A stretch of 63,999 bases of DNA, counting the filler, from Octopus bimaculoides (Eukaryota): NCBI RefSeq assembly GCF_001194135.2. It is 8 parts of 6 records of this genome, joined end to end, with 100 filler letters (N's around TTAATTAATTAA, not from the genome) between each part and the next. Parts side by side here need not be neighbours in the genome. Positions count along the whole stretch, not along the records: positions 29,714 to 55,840 come from NC_068981.1; positions 55,941 to 58,982 come from NW_026312911.1; positions 59,083 to 61,203 come from NC_068983.1; positions 61,304 to 62,728 come from NC_068981.1; positions 62,829 to 63,999 come from NW_026416417.1; 3 more parts are not named here. One strand, written 5' to 3'. Of this stretch, positions 51,250 to 63,611 are shown piece after piece. Under the pieces are notes generated by a model. That model was not told the origin of the DNA and searched no databases. It was given only the letters and a program-made list of their open reading frames with translations. The position numbers and the translations under genes were made by a program. Every line of letters begins with the position of its first letter. Within the stretch, counting starts at the first letter, position 1.

Positions 51250-51450
51250 GTGGGGAGCTGGCGGAATCGATAGAATGCTTAGCGGCATCTGTTTGTCTTT
51301 ATGTGCTGAGTTCAGATTTCGCAGAGGTCGACTTTGCCTTTTATCCTTTCGGGGTCAATAAAATAGGTTCCAGTTGAGTAGCAGGCTCAATGTAATCGAT
51401 TTACCCGCCGCCGGAAATTGCTGGCCTTGTGTCAAAATTTAAAACCAATA
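51250..51450 (+). mobile_element. SINE family B
   Basis: GAGCTGGCGGAATCG..AATGCTTAGCGG..GAGGTCGACTTTGCCTTTTATCCTTTCGGGGTCAATAAA. Confidence 0.85.
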
Positions 51451-51548
51451 TGACATAATACGCGCGTGTGTGTGTGCGCGTGTGTCACCGGGTAGTCTCG
51501 TTTGGATACTGCGTCAATACTTTATGAATGGCTTAATTTTAGAAAGAG

Positions 51549-51693
51549 TGAAGTTGCTGTGTGGTAAGAAGTTTGCTTCCCGGCCACATAGGACCGGTTT
51601 CAGTCCCACTGCATGGCACCTTGTGCAAGTGTCTTCTACTATATCCTCGAGCTGACCAAAGCTTTGTAAGTGGATATGATAGAGGGAAACTGA

Positions 51694-51755
<62 letters not shown>

Positions 51756-52065
51756 ATATATATATAAATATATACATGTGTGTGTGTAAACATACATACA
51801 CAGATATGTGTGTGTATGTATGTATGCATGTATGTATGTATGTATGTATGTGTCTGTTTTTGTGTCTGTGTTTGTCCCAACTACCGCTTGACAAGCGGTG
51901 TTGGTGTGTTTACGACCTTATAACTTAGCGGATCACCAAACAGAGACTCATGGAATACGTACCAGGCTTAAAATAAAATTCTGGAGTCGATTAATTCGAT
52001 TAAAATTGTTCAAGGCGTTGCCCTAGCATGGCCACGGTCTAATGAGTGAAACAATGAAAAGAATA
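51549..52065 (+). mobile_element. SINE family A, complete head-microsatellite-tail
   Basis: Head 51549-51690, (TA)(TG)(TATG) compound tract 51693-51870, tail TTTGTCCC..GCTTGACAAGCGGTGTTGG..CCCTAGCATGGCCAC..GAAACAATGAAAAG. Confidence 0.88.
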
Positions 52066-52894
52066 AAATGTAAAATATTGAACTCTTTCTCGGATTATGA
52101 CAACACAGCAAGAGACACGAACTTGATTTAGACACGTCTAGTATCTCTCTTTTGTATTCTGTTATAGAAATACCGTTTAGAATGTTAATACATAATTGCA
52201 TTGTCTTCCTGATTTGATTAACCTTACTTTCGACAATTTAATTAACGAAATGTTTCGCTGATCTTCAGTTGTCATATATTTAGATACACTCATTAATGCG
52301 TTAAGACAAGTGATTTTAATAAGCATTGTAAATGAATATAAAGATTACTATAAAGTTGATTGAAATAAACAAAAGTCAATACAGAAGTATTTATGAACAC
52401 GGCAAACACTGGTAATCCATGACTTCATCAAGAAGAATATAGAACCACTCACAACAACAACAACAACAACAGCAGAAAGTATGATTCTATAACGGCTTTC
52501 ATCGTTTAGTAAAGTTGTAAAACGAATCTGCAAAATATCAGAGAGTAATGACTACTTCAGTGAAATCAGTGAAATATATGTATTAGAAATCTTGCTTGAG
52601 TAATGTCTGTCTTTGGGACTGGGGAGGAATATAAAAATAGAAGCCATTTTTGTTGGCCTCTTAGATTACCAATTATGATGGTGGAATTGGTAATAAAAGG
52701 AAATAATTAGATAATATGGCTTCTATTTTTATGCTACCTTATATGCCATAGTTAATTCCTCAATTAGGAATCAGTGTCAAAGAATTTATCAGTTTTCAAG
52801 ACTACAGTGTGTGTTCCATTCTCCATTAAATTAATATTTCCAAATAAAAGAACGGAAAGAAAAGAGCGAAAATTATATTTTCATAAAGAAAAAC

Positions 52895-52927
<33 letters not shown>

Positions 52928-53279
52928 NNNNNNNNNNNNNNNNNNNNNNNNNNNGCGTTAAAAAACAGTTTTATTTTGACTGGGACTCTAAGTTTCGCCT
53001 GACGGCTTATTCAACCATGCACCCTCTCTCTCTCTCTCTCTCTCTCTCTCCCACATACACACACATATATACTTACATACATACACACACACAGACACAC
53101 GAACAAACAGACACACGAACACACACACACACACAGACACACACACACACACACACACACATACACACACACGGTGAATATAATTTTCGCGCTCAGTCGA
53201 GACAGATTGAGCAATTTCCCGTTTGATCTTGTGTTAAGGTAACCACTATCAGTTGCTGTTCCAAAGGCGTGCTCCAGCA

Positions 53280-55560
53280 TAATGGTAAAGAAGGCTCATT
53301 AACAGAATGGGGAAGAACACACAGTTTTCGTTCAATGTACTTCGAATGCTGAAGGATTCCGAGGAAGCGCCATCAAAGTGAATGACGATTGTCATGTCCG
53401 CAGGTTTGGTGCCGACCGTTGGAAGGCACCCAGATTATGTCAATTGCGCGATGTAACGACATGAAACCAAAATAAGACTCGGTGTAAACCCTTTCGGCGA
53501 TTTTCTGCACTTCATTTAGAACCACTTGAGTGAACGCCTTCCCAACAATGGCCACCAAGAAGACGATTGCTCAGCAGTTGTTGCAATCGTTCCTATCTCC
53601 TTTCGTTCTCGTTCAAGATAACAAAATTGCAGTCTATCAGAAGTGATTCCTTCTTCCATCAACGGCACAGTAGTTTATGTAGGTGGCACAATACGAAACT
53701 CTTTGCACACTTGATGTTACATGGTGGAACGCCATCCAATCCCGGTGACATATCAGTGGAAATACCACCAATTGCTTTATTCAGTTCTTTCGCCATCATC
53801 GGCAGGCCGTCCACGATGTCTAGGACACTGTTCGAGATATTGTTTTCTGTAAAATAGAGATTGAAGGAATTTCCTTACCATCTTTCCATTTGTCTGATTT
53901 ACCTTTCATGCTTTCATCTGTTACAGAATTTAGATGGTTCTGTGTTGCTCATGCTTGAGACGATGAACAAACCACTGATGTCACCTGTATCAAATGATGC
54001 TTGAATATTTTTGCAAAACAGTAACCGGTCGTCATTTGCATAACATTTCGTTGTTATCTTGGCCTTGCATTTCATTGTAGTTAATTCTTAGAAAGATGCC
54101 TGCAAAGAACAGAGTTTTCCAGGAATTCAGCAAAAATTCTACGTCGATGAGAGCAATGGAATTTCCTGGAATTGCTTGAACCTGGTTCTTTGCCTTGTGC
54201 CGTTTGTCTTGCCAAAGTCATTCAATGCAATATCGTGGATGCTATCTCTATGACATTCTTATCTCAACTGTGCATTTCCGTCTTGTGAGTCTGAAGGAAG
54301 TGGCCTCAATGCACTGCTTTCAAGAATGATCGTTGTTACAGTTGTCATTCTCAAAGAATTGAGTTATGAGAACATTCGTCAAGTGGCAGAGTCTTGTAAT
54401 TATTAGGTCTTCTTGGTGCCAGCGTATGGAGTGCGGATCTGTCCAATGTCGAAGACGCTTTGTGCTGGAGTTTATTTTAGAAGTAAATTTTAGTGACACA
54501 ATCCATAGTGTGTTAAAGTCAAGAAATCGTTGTTTTTTGTCATTTATACTTTCGGTCCCATGCCACTCCCAGGCAGCTTGGTCAGGAGTCAAGGTCAGCA
54601 TCCACTCTGGCGCTGAAGTCACCAGACAGCAGATGTTGTTCTTGAATTGGAATCCCTTGAATTTTCCTTGAGAGTTGGTCATGGAATTCGTCCATTGCAT
54701 TTTATGAAGTGTAAATGGTCAGGGTATGGACGCTAACAGGGGTTGATTCACAAATCGGACGTATGTAGTCAAAGTGAGAAAATTCGTTTATTCCCTCTTT
54801 CACTGGGCTCCACCATGTTTAACAGTGAGTCTCTCACGGCCAAAATCTCACTCACTAGCCAAGCCTAAGCCTTTTCTGTACCAGAAAAAGGTGCAGTACT
54901 TCTCACCCACTTGAAATCTTTGCTGTTGTTTGTTAATCCCTTCAGTTTTTTTTAGATCTCACTAATATCCAGGAGATTAACTGATAGTTCGACGATCCTG
55001 GTCTGTCCGTGCCAACATTCTAAGTTGAGTGACAACTTCGTCTTTTGTCTTCTTGTCGCGCTTGAGGCAGTGTATACCATTCAAGTTTCGGGTTAGATGT
55101 ATCCCTAAGCCCAGTGTACCCAGGAAGCAGGTGGCCTGTAGCGCAACGCTACCTAGCTGGCTGTGCCCAGCTTGAAGTGGGAGATATTTGTCCAGTGTGA
55201 CACGAATCTCCTTTTTAAGTAAATGTATTTGATCGGTAAACCGTTGCTTTCCGTTTTGTGTCATTTCTCCCGGCGCAGACCTGATTAGGTTTAGTGTTAT
55301 CTTCGCCAGCTGTTACCCATGCAGCAGATCTCCACACACCAGGCCACTGATTGGCGAGGCCAATTTGAGAGTGACACCTGTGTTGTTGTAGGAGTTAATA
55401 CAACAGTAATGAAAGCAACGTTGGAATGCCTTACGGATACCAGTATAGGTTTTTGCTCAGGGTTTACTCCTGAAAACTATTCCATGGGTGGGCATTGTCG
55501 CAAGGAATGGGAGGCTTGAAGTCAGAGTTTGCTCTTTCTTAAACAAGATGTCTTCCCAGG
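53280..55560 (-). mobile_element. RTE/BovB-like LINE (5' UTR, endonuclease, first half of RT), highly decayed, 3'-truncated
   Basis: 5'-UTR-like AAACTCTGACTTCAAGCCTC..GGAGTAAACCCTGAG; EN motifs VALQAT, YCTFFW, LLSGDFSARVDAD, HWHQ.DLIITR; RT motifs SPGLDGVPP, VGKAFTQVVLN..AERVYTESYFGF, FDGASSESFSIRS. Confidence 0.85.
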
Positions 55561-55954
55561 CTAACGACTTGCATATATATATACAGAGAAAAGGAGGGAG
55601 TGAAAGAGAGACAGAGTGAAATAAAGACAGAGAGAGAACGGGAAAGAGGTAAGTTTATAGATTGCTTCATAGAATATAAATAGACAGTTAGCCAGATCAG
55701 CAGAGACAGATGAGACAAACACAGACAGACAAGTAGGCAGACACTCAGGCAGGGAGATAGGCAGATAGCCAGACAGACAGAGAGGTAAACAGATAGATAG
55801 ATATATATATAGATAGATAGATAGAGATAGAGAGAGAGAGNNNNNNNNNNNNNNNNNNNNNNNNNNNNNNNNNNNNNNNNNNNNTTAATTAATTAANNNN
55901 NNNNNNNNNNNNNNNNNNNNNNNNNNNNNNNNNNNNNNNNCTGCTCTCTCACTC

Positions 55955-55992
<38 letters not shown>

Positions 55993-55993
55993 C

Positions 55994-56047
<54 letters not shown>

Positions 56048-56104
56048 GTGGAGGAGGAGGAAGAGGAGGAGGAGAAGAAGAAGAAGAAGAAGAAGAAGAA
56101 GAAG
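55955..56104. repeat. Compound trinucleotide array (AAT)n(GAT)n(GAG)n(AAG)n
   Basis: Read directly from the sequence; each block differs from the previous one by a single base. Confidence 0.95.
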
Positions 56105-56328
56105 GTTTGTTTGAGGATGATGAACGAAACACCCATGTTTCCAAAGGTGAATTATTCAAACCCCAAAGAATTCCTCACAACACATGACCATGATGCTCCC
56201 CCACTACTTCTGCTCGTGGTCAGAGATGTACATATCGTCAGCCACCAAGGGGCATGCTCAGCTGGTTAAGGTCAAAAACTGACAAGCAAATCTGTGGTAT
56301 TGAGCAGAGTATTTACTGTAGCCCATCT
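56105..56328 (-). mobile_element. Probable RLE-type non-LTR retrotransposon fragment between trinucleotide arrays
   Basis: Minus frame LTS*ACPLVADDMYISDHEQK*WGSIMVMC resembles the post-zinc-knuckle HI.SGCP.LA..Y..RH region. Followed by (ATT)n. Confidence 0.4.
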
Positions 56329-56329
56329 C

Positions 56330-56382
<53 letters not shown>

Positions 56383-57401
56383 GTTATTATTATTATTATT
56401 TTTATTCTTTATTTTTTATTATTAATATTGTTTTGCTTACATATATACATGTCTACGGTTTTAAACACCAGTGATTCTTGTTGTTTTTTTGTTGTTGTTT
56501 TTTTTTTACTTGTTAGCCCAAAATAACAAACAACAGATATGCAACGGAAGAAAAGAAAGGAACGCTACAAGAAAAAAAATGAAAGAACCGAAAGAACGAA
56601 AGAATGAAAGAATACGAGAAACAATGCTTACCGGAAGTTGGGAAGGTACTGGATCAATAATAAATATCATAAGCCTTTTGTAATACACACAAAACAAAGG
56701 ATATAGAAAGCAAATAGATCAAAATACATGTTATATCCCAGTATTAATAATACATCCCTACTTACACATTGACACGGATAACTATATGCATGTATGCATA
56801 CATATACACCTCACTTTTCATATATATATATATATANNNNNNNNNNNNNNNNNNNNNNNNNNNNNNNNNNNNNNNNNNNNNNNNNNNNNNNNNNNNNNNN
56901 NNNNNNNNNNNNNNNNNNNNNNNNNNNNNNNNNNNNNNNNNNNNNNNNNNNNNNNNNNNNNNNNNNNNNNNNNNNNNNNNNNNNNNNNNNNNNNNNNNNN
57001 NNNNNNNNNNNNNNNNNNNNNNNNNNNNNNNNNNNNNNNNNNNNNNNNNNNNNNNNNNNNNNNNNNNNNNNNNNNNNNNNNNNNNNNNNNNNNNNNNNNN
57101 NNNNNNNNNNNNNNNNNNNNNNNNNNNNNNNNNNNNNNNNNNNNNNNNNNNNNNNNNNNNNNNNNNNNNNNNNNNNNNNNNNNNNNNNNNNNNNNNNNNN
57201 NNNNNNNNNNNNNNNNNNNNNNNNNNNNNNNNNNNNNNNNNNNNNNNNNNNNNNNNNNNNNNNNNNNNNNNNNNNNNNNNNNNNNNNNNNNNNNNNNNNN
57301 NNNNNNNNNNNNNNNNNNNNNNNNNNNNNNNNNNNNNNNNNNNNNNNNNNNNNNNNNNNNNNNNNNNNNNNNNNNNNNNNNNNNNNNNNNNNNNNNNNNN
57401 N

Positions 57402-57989
57402 AAAGAGCCGGACTATAACATAGATTCAAGGCTGCTTCATTGGAACTTTTATCATCATCTAGGTATTTGTGCATATGTGTGTGTGCAGTATTTGGTGTTA
57501 GTGTATGCGCAGATTTGTATGTTTGTTTTATGGATGCGTTTTTAAGTATATATTTTCATGTCTAGATGCATGCGTATGTATGTATGTATGTATGTATGTA
57601 TGTATGTGCAGACTTGTATGTTTTATGTATATATTCTCATGCATATAGTTGCATATCTAGACATGCTTATATATATATTTAAATGATAAACTTCTGGAAA
57701 GTTTTACAGATTTTTACAGTTCCAGTAATGGGCTGGTTCTGTAGTCTTCGAATTAGCTTTCTCCTTTCTAGTTTTGAATCTCCCAAGATTGGTATTTAGG
57801 CAGTCTGTTACGTATCTCAGGACCCCAATAATTACAGCTATAAACCTGAACTTGTAATCTGGATAGAATAACTGCAGATTTCACAATAGTTCAGCATAGG
57901 TATTCTGTTTTTCACTGATCTTCAGCTTTATGTTAACATCCGTTGGGCAGCTAATTTTCACAACTGTACGCAGTTTGTTTTCTCTATCA
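57402..57989 (-). mobile_element. RLE-type (CRE/NeSL-like) non-LTR element 3' end with UTR
   Basis: DRENKLRTVVKISCPTDVNIKLKISEKQNTYAELL*NLQLFYPDYKFRFIAVIIG...LIRRLQNQPITGTVKICKTFQKF, then a UTR containing (TATG)n. Clade assignment is tentative. Confidence 0.7.
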
Positions 57990-58185
57990 CAGAGCAGTTT
58001 TAGAGATATGCTCCGTCCTCGTCTCAATTTCAATTTCTCCGACATCTTTGTCTTGGTTGTTAGTGCTCCGAGTGCCTCTATAATTACTGAGATAACAGTT
58101 ACTCCTCTCATTGCCCATATTCTTGTAATTTCGTCTTTTAGTATTTTGCATCTTTCACTTTTTCCAGCTATTTTTCACCTAGACG
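57990..58185 (-). mobile_element. R4/Dong-like RLE C-terminal fragment, same family as 34060-35353
   Basis: LEKVKRCKILKDEITRIWAMRGVTVISVIIEALGALTTK..VGEIEIETRTEHISKTAL aligns with KYKPQNDEIARM*PTKKVTVIAVVI..TTK..VGEIGIDMRVEHAKKSAL at 35.0-35.2 kb. Confidence 0.8.
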
Positions 58186-58189
58186 TGCG

Positions 58190-58382
58190 ACAAGCTGATA
58201 GAATCGTTAACAGACCAGACAAAATGCCTGACAGCTTTTCGCCCGTTTCTACGGTCTGAATTCAAATTCCGCCGGTATCGACTTTTATCATTTCGGGGTC
58301 GATAAAATGAGTACCAGTAAAACACTGGGGTCTTACTCCCTCTCTCCCAATTACTGAACTTGTGTCAAAATTTGGAACCATA
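58190..58382 (+). mobile_element. SINE family B, diverged, followed by (ATT)n
   Basis: AAGCTGATAGAATCGTTA..TCTGAATTCAAATTCCGCC..TCGACTT..TTTCGGGGTCGATAAAATGAGTACCAG. Confidence 0.8.
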
Positions 58383-58427
<45 letters not shown>

Positions 58428-58443
58428 GAGTGAGAGAGCAGTG

Positions 58444-58482
<39 letters not shown>

Positions 58483-58486
58483 CATT

Positions 58487-58660
58487 TTATGTTTGACTTG
58501 CTTTGCATTTGTACAAGTTGGATCCAAGTCTCACCCACAGACCTCAAGAGACAACAAGTTGGAAGTTCATGTAGGTGTTATGCCTAGGGTACTATTTATT
58601 TGGATTTGTACATAGTGTTGTTCTAGAGAATGTTTAAGAAACCATAAGAAAATTATGTGT
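58487..58660 (-). mobile_element. Probable 3' UTR remnant of a (TAA)n-tailed non-LTR element
   Basis: Minus strand CTTGAGGTCTGTGGGTGAGACTTGGA..GTCAAACATAAAATGATAATAATAAT, embedded between (ATT)n arrays. No coding part visible. Confidence 0.45.
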
Positions 58661-59090
58661 TTGTTATTATTATTATTTTCATTATTACTATTATTATTAT
58701 TATTATTATTATTCCCTTTTATTTTAATTTATTTGCTTTTGTATTATTATTTTAACCTCCGTCTGTTAGATTCGACCGTTGACCTCTTGAGTTGAAATAA
58801 ATTAAACTGAATCTTCTTACAAGTTATTTTTACACTACATCAACTAACTAGACGCTTATCTCGGCTATTGGTATCTATTTGGAATAAATATGTAAATAAA
58901 TGAATAAATAAATAGATAAACAAACACACGAATAAAAATAGTGGATTAGCTTTTGTAAAGCTTTCCTTCAGTAAATCACTAANNNNNNNNNNNNNNNNNN
59001 NNNNNNNNNNNNNNNNNNNNNNNNNNTTAATTAATTAANNNNNNNNNNNNNNNNNNNNNNNNNNNNNNNNNNNNNNNNNNNNATATATAT

Positions 59091-59133
<43 letters not shown>

Positions 59134-59176
59134 GATAGATACATACATACATACATACATACATAGAGAGGGAGAG

Positions 59177-59207
<31 letters not shown>

Positions 59208-59949
59208 ACGAAAGAAAGAAATAGTGAGAGAAATATATAGTGATAGACAGACAGACAGACAGACAGACAGATAGATAGATTTACATGTACATAATGTGTA
59301 TAAGTGCCTTAGTCAATGATAATTTCAGAGTAGAAAAGACAAGCGGGCAAGGTGAGTAGATTCTTGGCCTACGTGTCAAGAGTTCTTACTTTTGTTATGG
59401 CTTTTACCTAACTTTGTGTATTTGAGATTTGATATATATGTGTGTGTACATGTATGTATGTATGTATGTAAGTATGTATGTATATTAGTCCCTGCATTTG
59501 TGCGGAATTAGTATTGTTGGTAATTCTATGACACTGCATGCCAATTTTTTTTCACGTCCAAAGAGTTTTTTTTTTACGTTTAAAATGTAAAAATATGGGG
59601 NNNNNNNNNNTGGGGACAAAGAACAAGGGAAAAGTGACAAACAGTCCACCGTCCCTAAAGCAGAACACAAACTAAGTGACAAACAAATAAACAGGCTAAT
59701 AAGTTTGTGTCACCTTTCTAGAATAACAATAAAACAACAACAAGAATAATAATAACAGAACAAATGGTTTTACAATAAGTGAAATAAGAGGCGGGAAACA
59801 AGCATAATAAAAGATATACACCCTTTTCTGTTTTGCATTTATTTGCGCAAGGGTGGCAAAACATTAACTAATGACTGTGCGTCTGTGTGTCAAAAATAAA
59901 CTAATGAGCATGAATGAATAAGAGAGAGAGAGACCAAGAAATTGCGTGA

Positions 59950-59984
59950 GGGTGCATGTCTTTTTGTGAGAGAGAGAGAGACAC

Positions 59985-60017
<33 letters not shown>

Positions 60018-60039
60018 CAGAGAGAGAGAGAGACAGAGA

Positions 60040-60071
<32 letters not shown>

Positions 60072-60073
60072 CA

Positions 60074-60105
<32 letters not shown>

Positions 60106-60151
60106 CGGAGAGTGAGGCAGATGTATGTATGCATATATGTATGTGTGTATC

Positions 60152-60192
<41 letters not shown>

Positions 60193-60222
60193 ATACACAC
60201 ACACATAATATATATATATACA

Positions 60223-60296
<74 letters not shown>

Positions 60297-60401
60297 NNNN
60301 NNNNNNNNNNNNNNNNNNNNNNNNNNNNNNNNNNNNNNNNNNNNNNNNNNNNNNNNNNNNNNNNNNNNNNNNNNNNNNNNNNNNNNNNNNNNNNNNNNNN
60401 N

Positions 60402-60432
<31 letters not shown>

Positions 60433-60462
60433 ATACACACACACATAATATATATATATACA

Positions 60463-60534
<72 letters not shown>

Positions 60535-60720
60535 CAGAGAGTGGAGACAGATTATCGTCTCTCGCAATCCATGCATACAAACAGACAGGCAGACAGATAG
60601 ATAAGCAAACACACACACACACACACGTTTGTATGCATGTATTTATGTACGTATGTATGTATGTATGTATGTATGTATATGCATGTGTGTATATGAGCGG
60701 GGGAGACAGAGAGAGTGAAC
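59950..60720. repeat. Large compound microsatellite block (GA, GACA, TA, CA, TATG) with a local duplication across a 105-N gap
   Basis: TATATATGTATGTATATACACACACACATAATATATATATATACAGGAAGAGAGAG occurs on both sides of the gap at 60297-60401. Confidence 0.9.
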
Positions 60721-61800
60721 GAGTGTCTAGATTCAATGAAAAGATGAATATATGAATGAAAGTAAACGAACTGACAGGATGTGTCAGGTGACAAAACGAA
60801 GTTTTTATAGAAATGCCCAGTAGTTTGGGTGGTGAGAAAATAGATTTGACGACTGCAAGGCTGTAATGATATATCACACAATTGACAGTACATTATCTGC
60901 TTAATAGACCAAGACATGTCTTAACCACTCTATTCTAAAAATCAGTAAACGACATAAGAAATGGTAATTGAAACCTAATACGCAAAACCAAACTGAATTG
61001 AAGATTTTGAGTAACTTCAATTGGAGGAAAAAAAGTTGCTGAAGAAATGTCATTAGATTTTAGCTTTTGCATTACGTTCACTTGATGAAGAAAATTTCCC
61101 CTTCCTTTACCATCTGTCTTACTCCCTCTCCCCTTATCATCCTTTCGCTTTCTTCTCCTCTCCCTGCCGTTTTTCTTCTCCTCCTCCTCCTCCTCCTCCT
61201 CCTNNNNNNNNNNNNNNNNNNNNNNNNNNNNNNNNNNNNNNNNNNNNTTAATTAATTAANNNNNNNNNNNNNNNNNNNNNNNNNNNNNNNNNNNNNNNNN
61301 NNNATACATATATATCTTTCTCTTTTACTTGTTTCAGTCATTTAACTACGGCCGTATGTATTGTATTTTTGTTGTTTTTTCTCTTCGTCAACCAAGGGTC
61401 ATGTTGCAGTCAGAAGACGTATGCATATATATGCATGTATTTAATGTATCTACAGCGCAATATACTCTTGTACCGCCATTTACTAATAAATCAACATTAA
61501 CTGATTAACTAATATTAGTCAACCGACTTTTTACTCACCATGTTTGCTACTTTTGATGTTTCTCCTTCTGTTGATTTTGTTGACGATCACCATAATGGCG
61601 ATCATGATGATGAACTTGGTGATTGTTGTTGTTGCTGTCGTCGTTGTTGTTGATGATGGTGTTGGTAATGGTGGTGGTCGTCGACGTAGTGGTGCTGTTT
61701 GTGGTGGGGTTGTGGTGGCAGTGTTAGTTTTATGTTGTTGATGTTTATTGTTCAGTAAGCCGTCGAATAAATAAATAATTAAATAGATGGATGGATAAAT

Positions 61801-61897
61801 GGACGGACGGACGGACGGACGGACGGACGGACGGACGGACGAACGGACGGACGGACGGACGGACGGACGGACGGATGGATGGATGGATGGATGGATG
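61801..61897. repeat. (GGAC)n(GGAT)n tetranucleotide microsatellite
   Basis: Read directly from the sequence. Confidence 0.95.
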
Positions 61898-62828
61898 GAA
61901 ACATTTTTTTATAAGTCAGAAGAGGAGATTTACCGTTTATTGTGTTTGCAGGCCTTCCCACTTTAGTGAAATGGATGCGGATGGTATCAGATTCAAACAT
62001 GTGTAGGACAACGCAACAACTAGGAAAAAAAACAAATAATTCATAAGGAAATTTCCGAGAGTGCTGGCTGTGAGGCAAGAATATATATATATTAATACAG
62101 TAGTACGTTCCTACCTACCTACCTTTTGCATCATGCTATGGGAGGTAACTCATATAATTCTTTTTTTTTTAATCAAAGATTGTGGTGGTGGAAGCGACAG
62201 CCGTGGCGGAGTTGGCAGCGGTGACGTTGCCTTTGATTGTAGTGAATGGAGACAGATTTAGAGGGAGAGAGGAATATATATGTATGTGTGTTTGTGAGTG
62301 CGCGTGTATTATATTAAACTAAAGAGGCAGAGTGAAAATAATAGACAGTAATGGCAAATTGTAGTGGTAGCTGTGGTAATGATGTTTATTCAGAAACGTA
62401 AGTGAGTAGGAATTAAAAGAGTGAGAGATGATGCAAGCTTAGAATCATAATGGAAGAGAAAGTGAGAGATAAAGTCAGAGAGAGAGAAAGAAAGAAAGAT
62501 ACAGAGAGAAAGTAATCGGAGGATTCTAAGAACTGAAATGCTTTAGAACGTAAGAGTTTAAGCGAGCATGCAAGAGAAAGAGCAGGAAGTAGAAAGTTGA
62601 TAGAATGAAAATTATGCGGAGATGGAGAAGGAAAAGAGGAAATATAAATACTAAGCAAATCTTGTGACGTCACTGCTTCTTCGGCTATTCTCTTATTTCC
62701 CCTGTGTGTGTGTGTGTGTGTGTGTATGNNNNNNNNNNNNNNNNNNNNNNNNNNNNNNNNNNNNNNNNNNNNTTAATTAATTAANNNNNNNNNNNNNNNN
62801 NNNNNNNNNNNNNNNNNNNNNNNNNNNN

Positions 62829-63405
62829 ATATATATAAAAATATGAATGTTGATAAAGATACATGTGAATATAAATGCGTATAAAAATTTATGCGTTATT
62901 AAGCATGAATATTATAAAATCTAAAATTTAAAAAAACCTAAAATTAAAATAAAACTAAAATTTAAAAAATTAAACATCTGACAATCGTTTCGTGGATATT
63001 AATATAATCACAATGTGATCAAAAGATCAGCATACTATCAGTAATTCCGCTCTTCGAAGATGAATTAAGAACTAATGGTATATGTAATATTAATTATATG
63101 TAATATATAATATATATATAATATATAATATATATATATGGTATATGTAATATTTAATTAATATTACATATACCATTAGTTCTTAATTCATCTCCGAAGA
63201 GCGGAATTACTGATAGTATGCTGATCTTTTGATCACATTGTGATTATATTAATATCCGTGAAACGATCCTCAGATGTTTTATTTTTTAAATTTTAGGTGT
63301 TTTTAAATTTTAGACTTTATAATATTAATGCTTAATTACGCATAAATTTTTATACGCATTTATATTCACATGTATCTTTATCTACATTCATATTTTTATA
63401 TATAT
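62829..63405. mobile_element. About 580-bp AT-rich palindrome (long-TIR MITE or fold-back)
   Basis: 62829 to about 63095 is the reverse complement of about 63156-63405 with few differences, e.g. CACAATGTGATCAAAAGATCAGCATACTATCAGTAATTCCGCTCTTCG / CGAAGAGCGGAATTACTGATAGTATGCTGATCTTTTGATCACATTGTG. The left edge is cut by an assembly spacer. Confidence 0.9.
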
Positions 63406-63532
63406 TTATATTTATATTTCGTAAATTTTAAATTTATTATATTACCATGTCATATTGGATATATATCTTTTGAAATATTAAATATTGATTTCCTGAGAAT
63501 ATTATTGATAATTTTATGAATTTATTAATAAT

Positions 63533-63564
<32 letters not shown>

Positions 63565-63611
63565 AAAATCCATAAAAACGAATAACAAACACAAAATACA
63601 ACACGATGATG

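Noticed and set aside
52230-52275. Minus-strand CTGAAGATCAGCGAAACAT hammerhead-like string (similarly CTGAAGAGCGC at 19531)
   Set aside because: Stem II is essentially absent and there is no valid cleavage triplet with stem I; too decayed to call.
60150-60540. Tandem duplication flanking the gap at 60297-60401
   Set aside because: Most likely overlapping contig ends left unmerged in a microsatellite, i.e. an assembly artefact.
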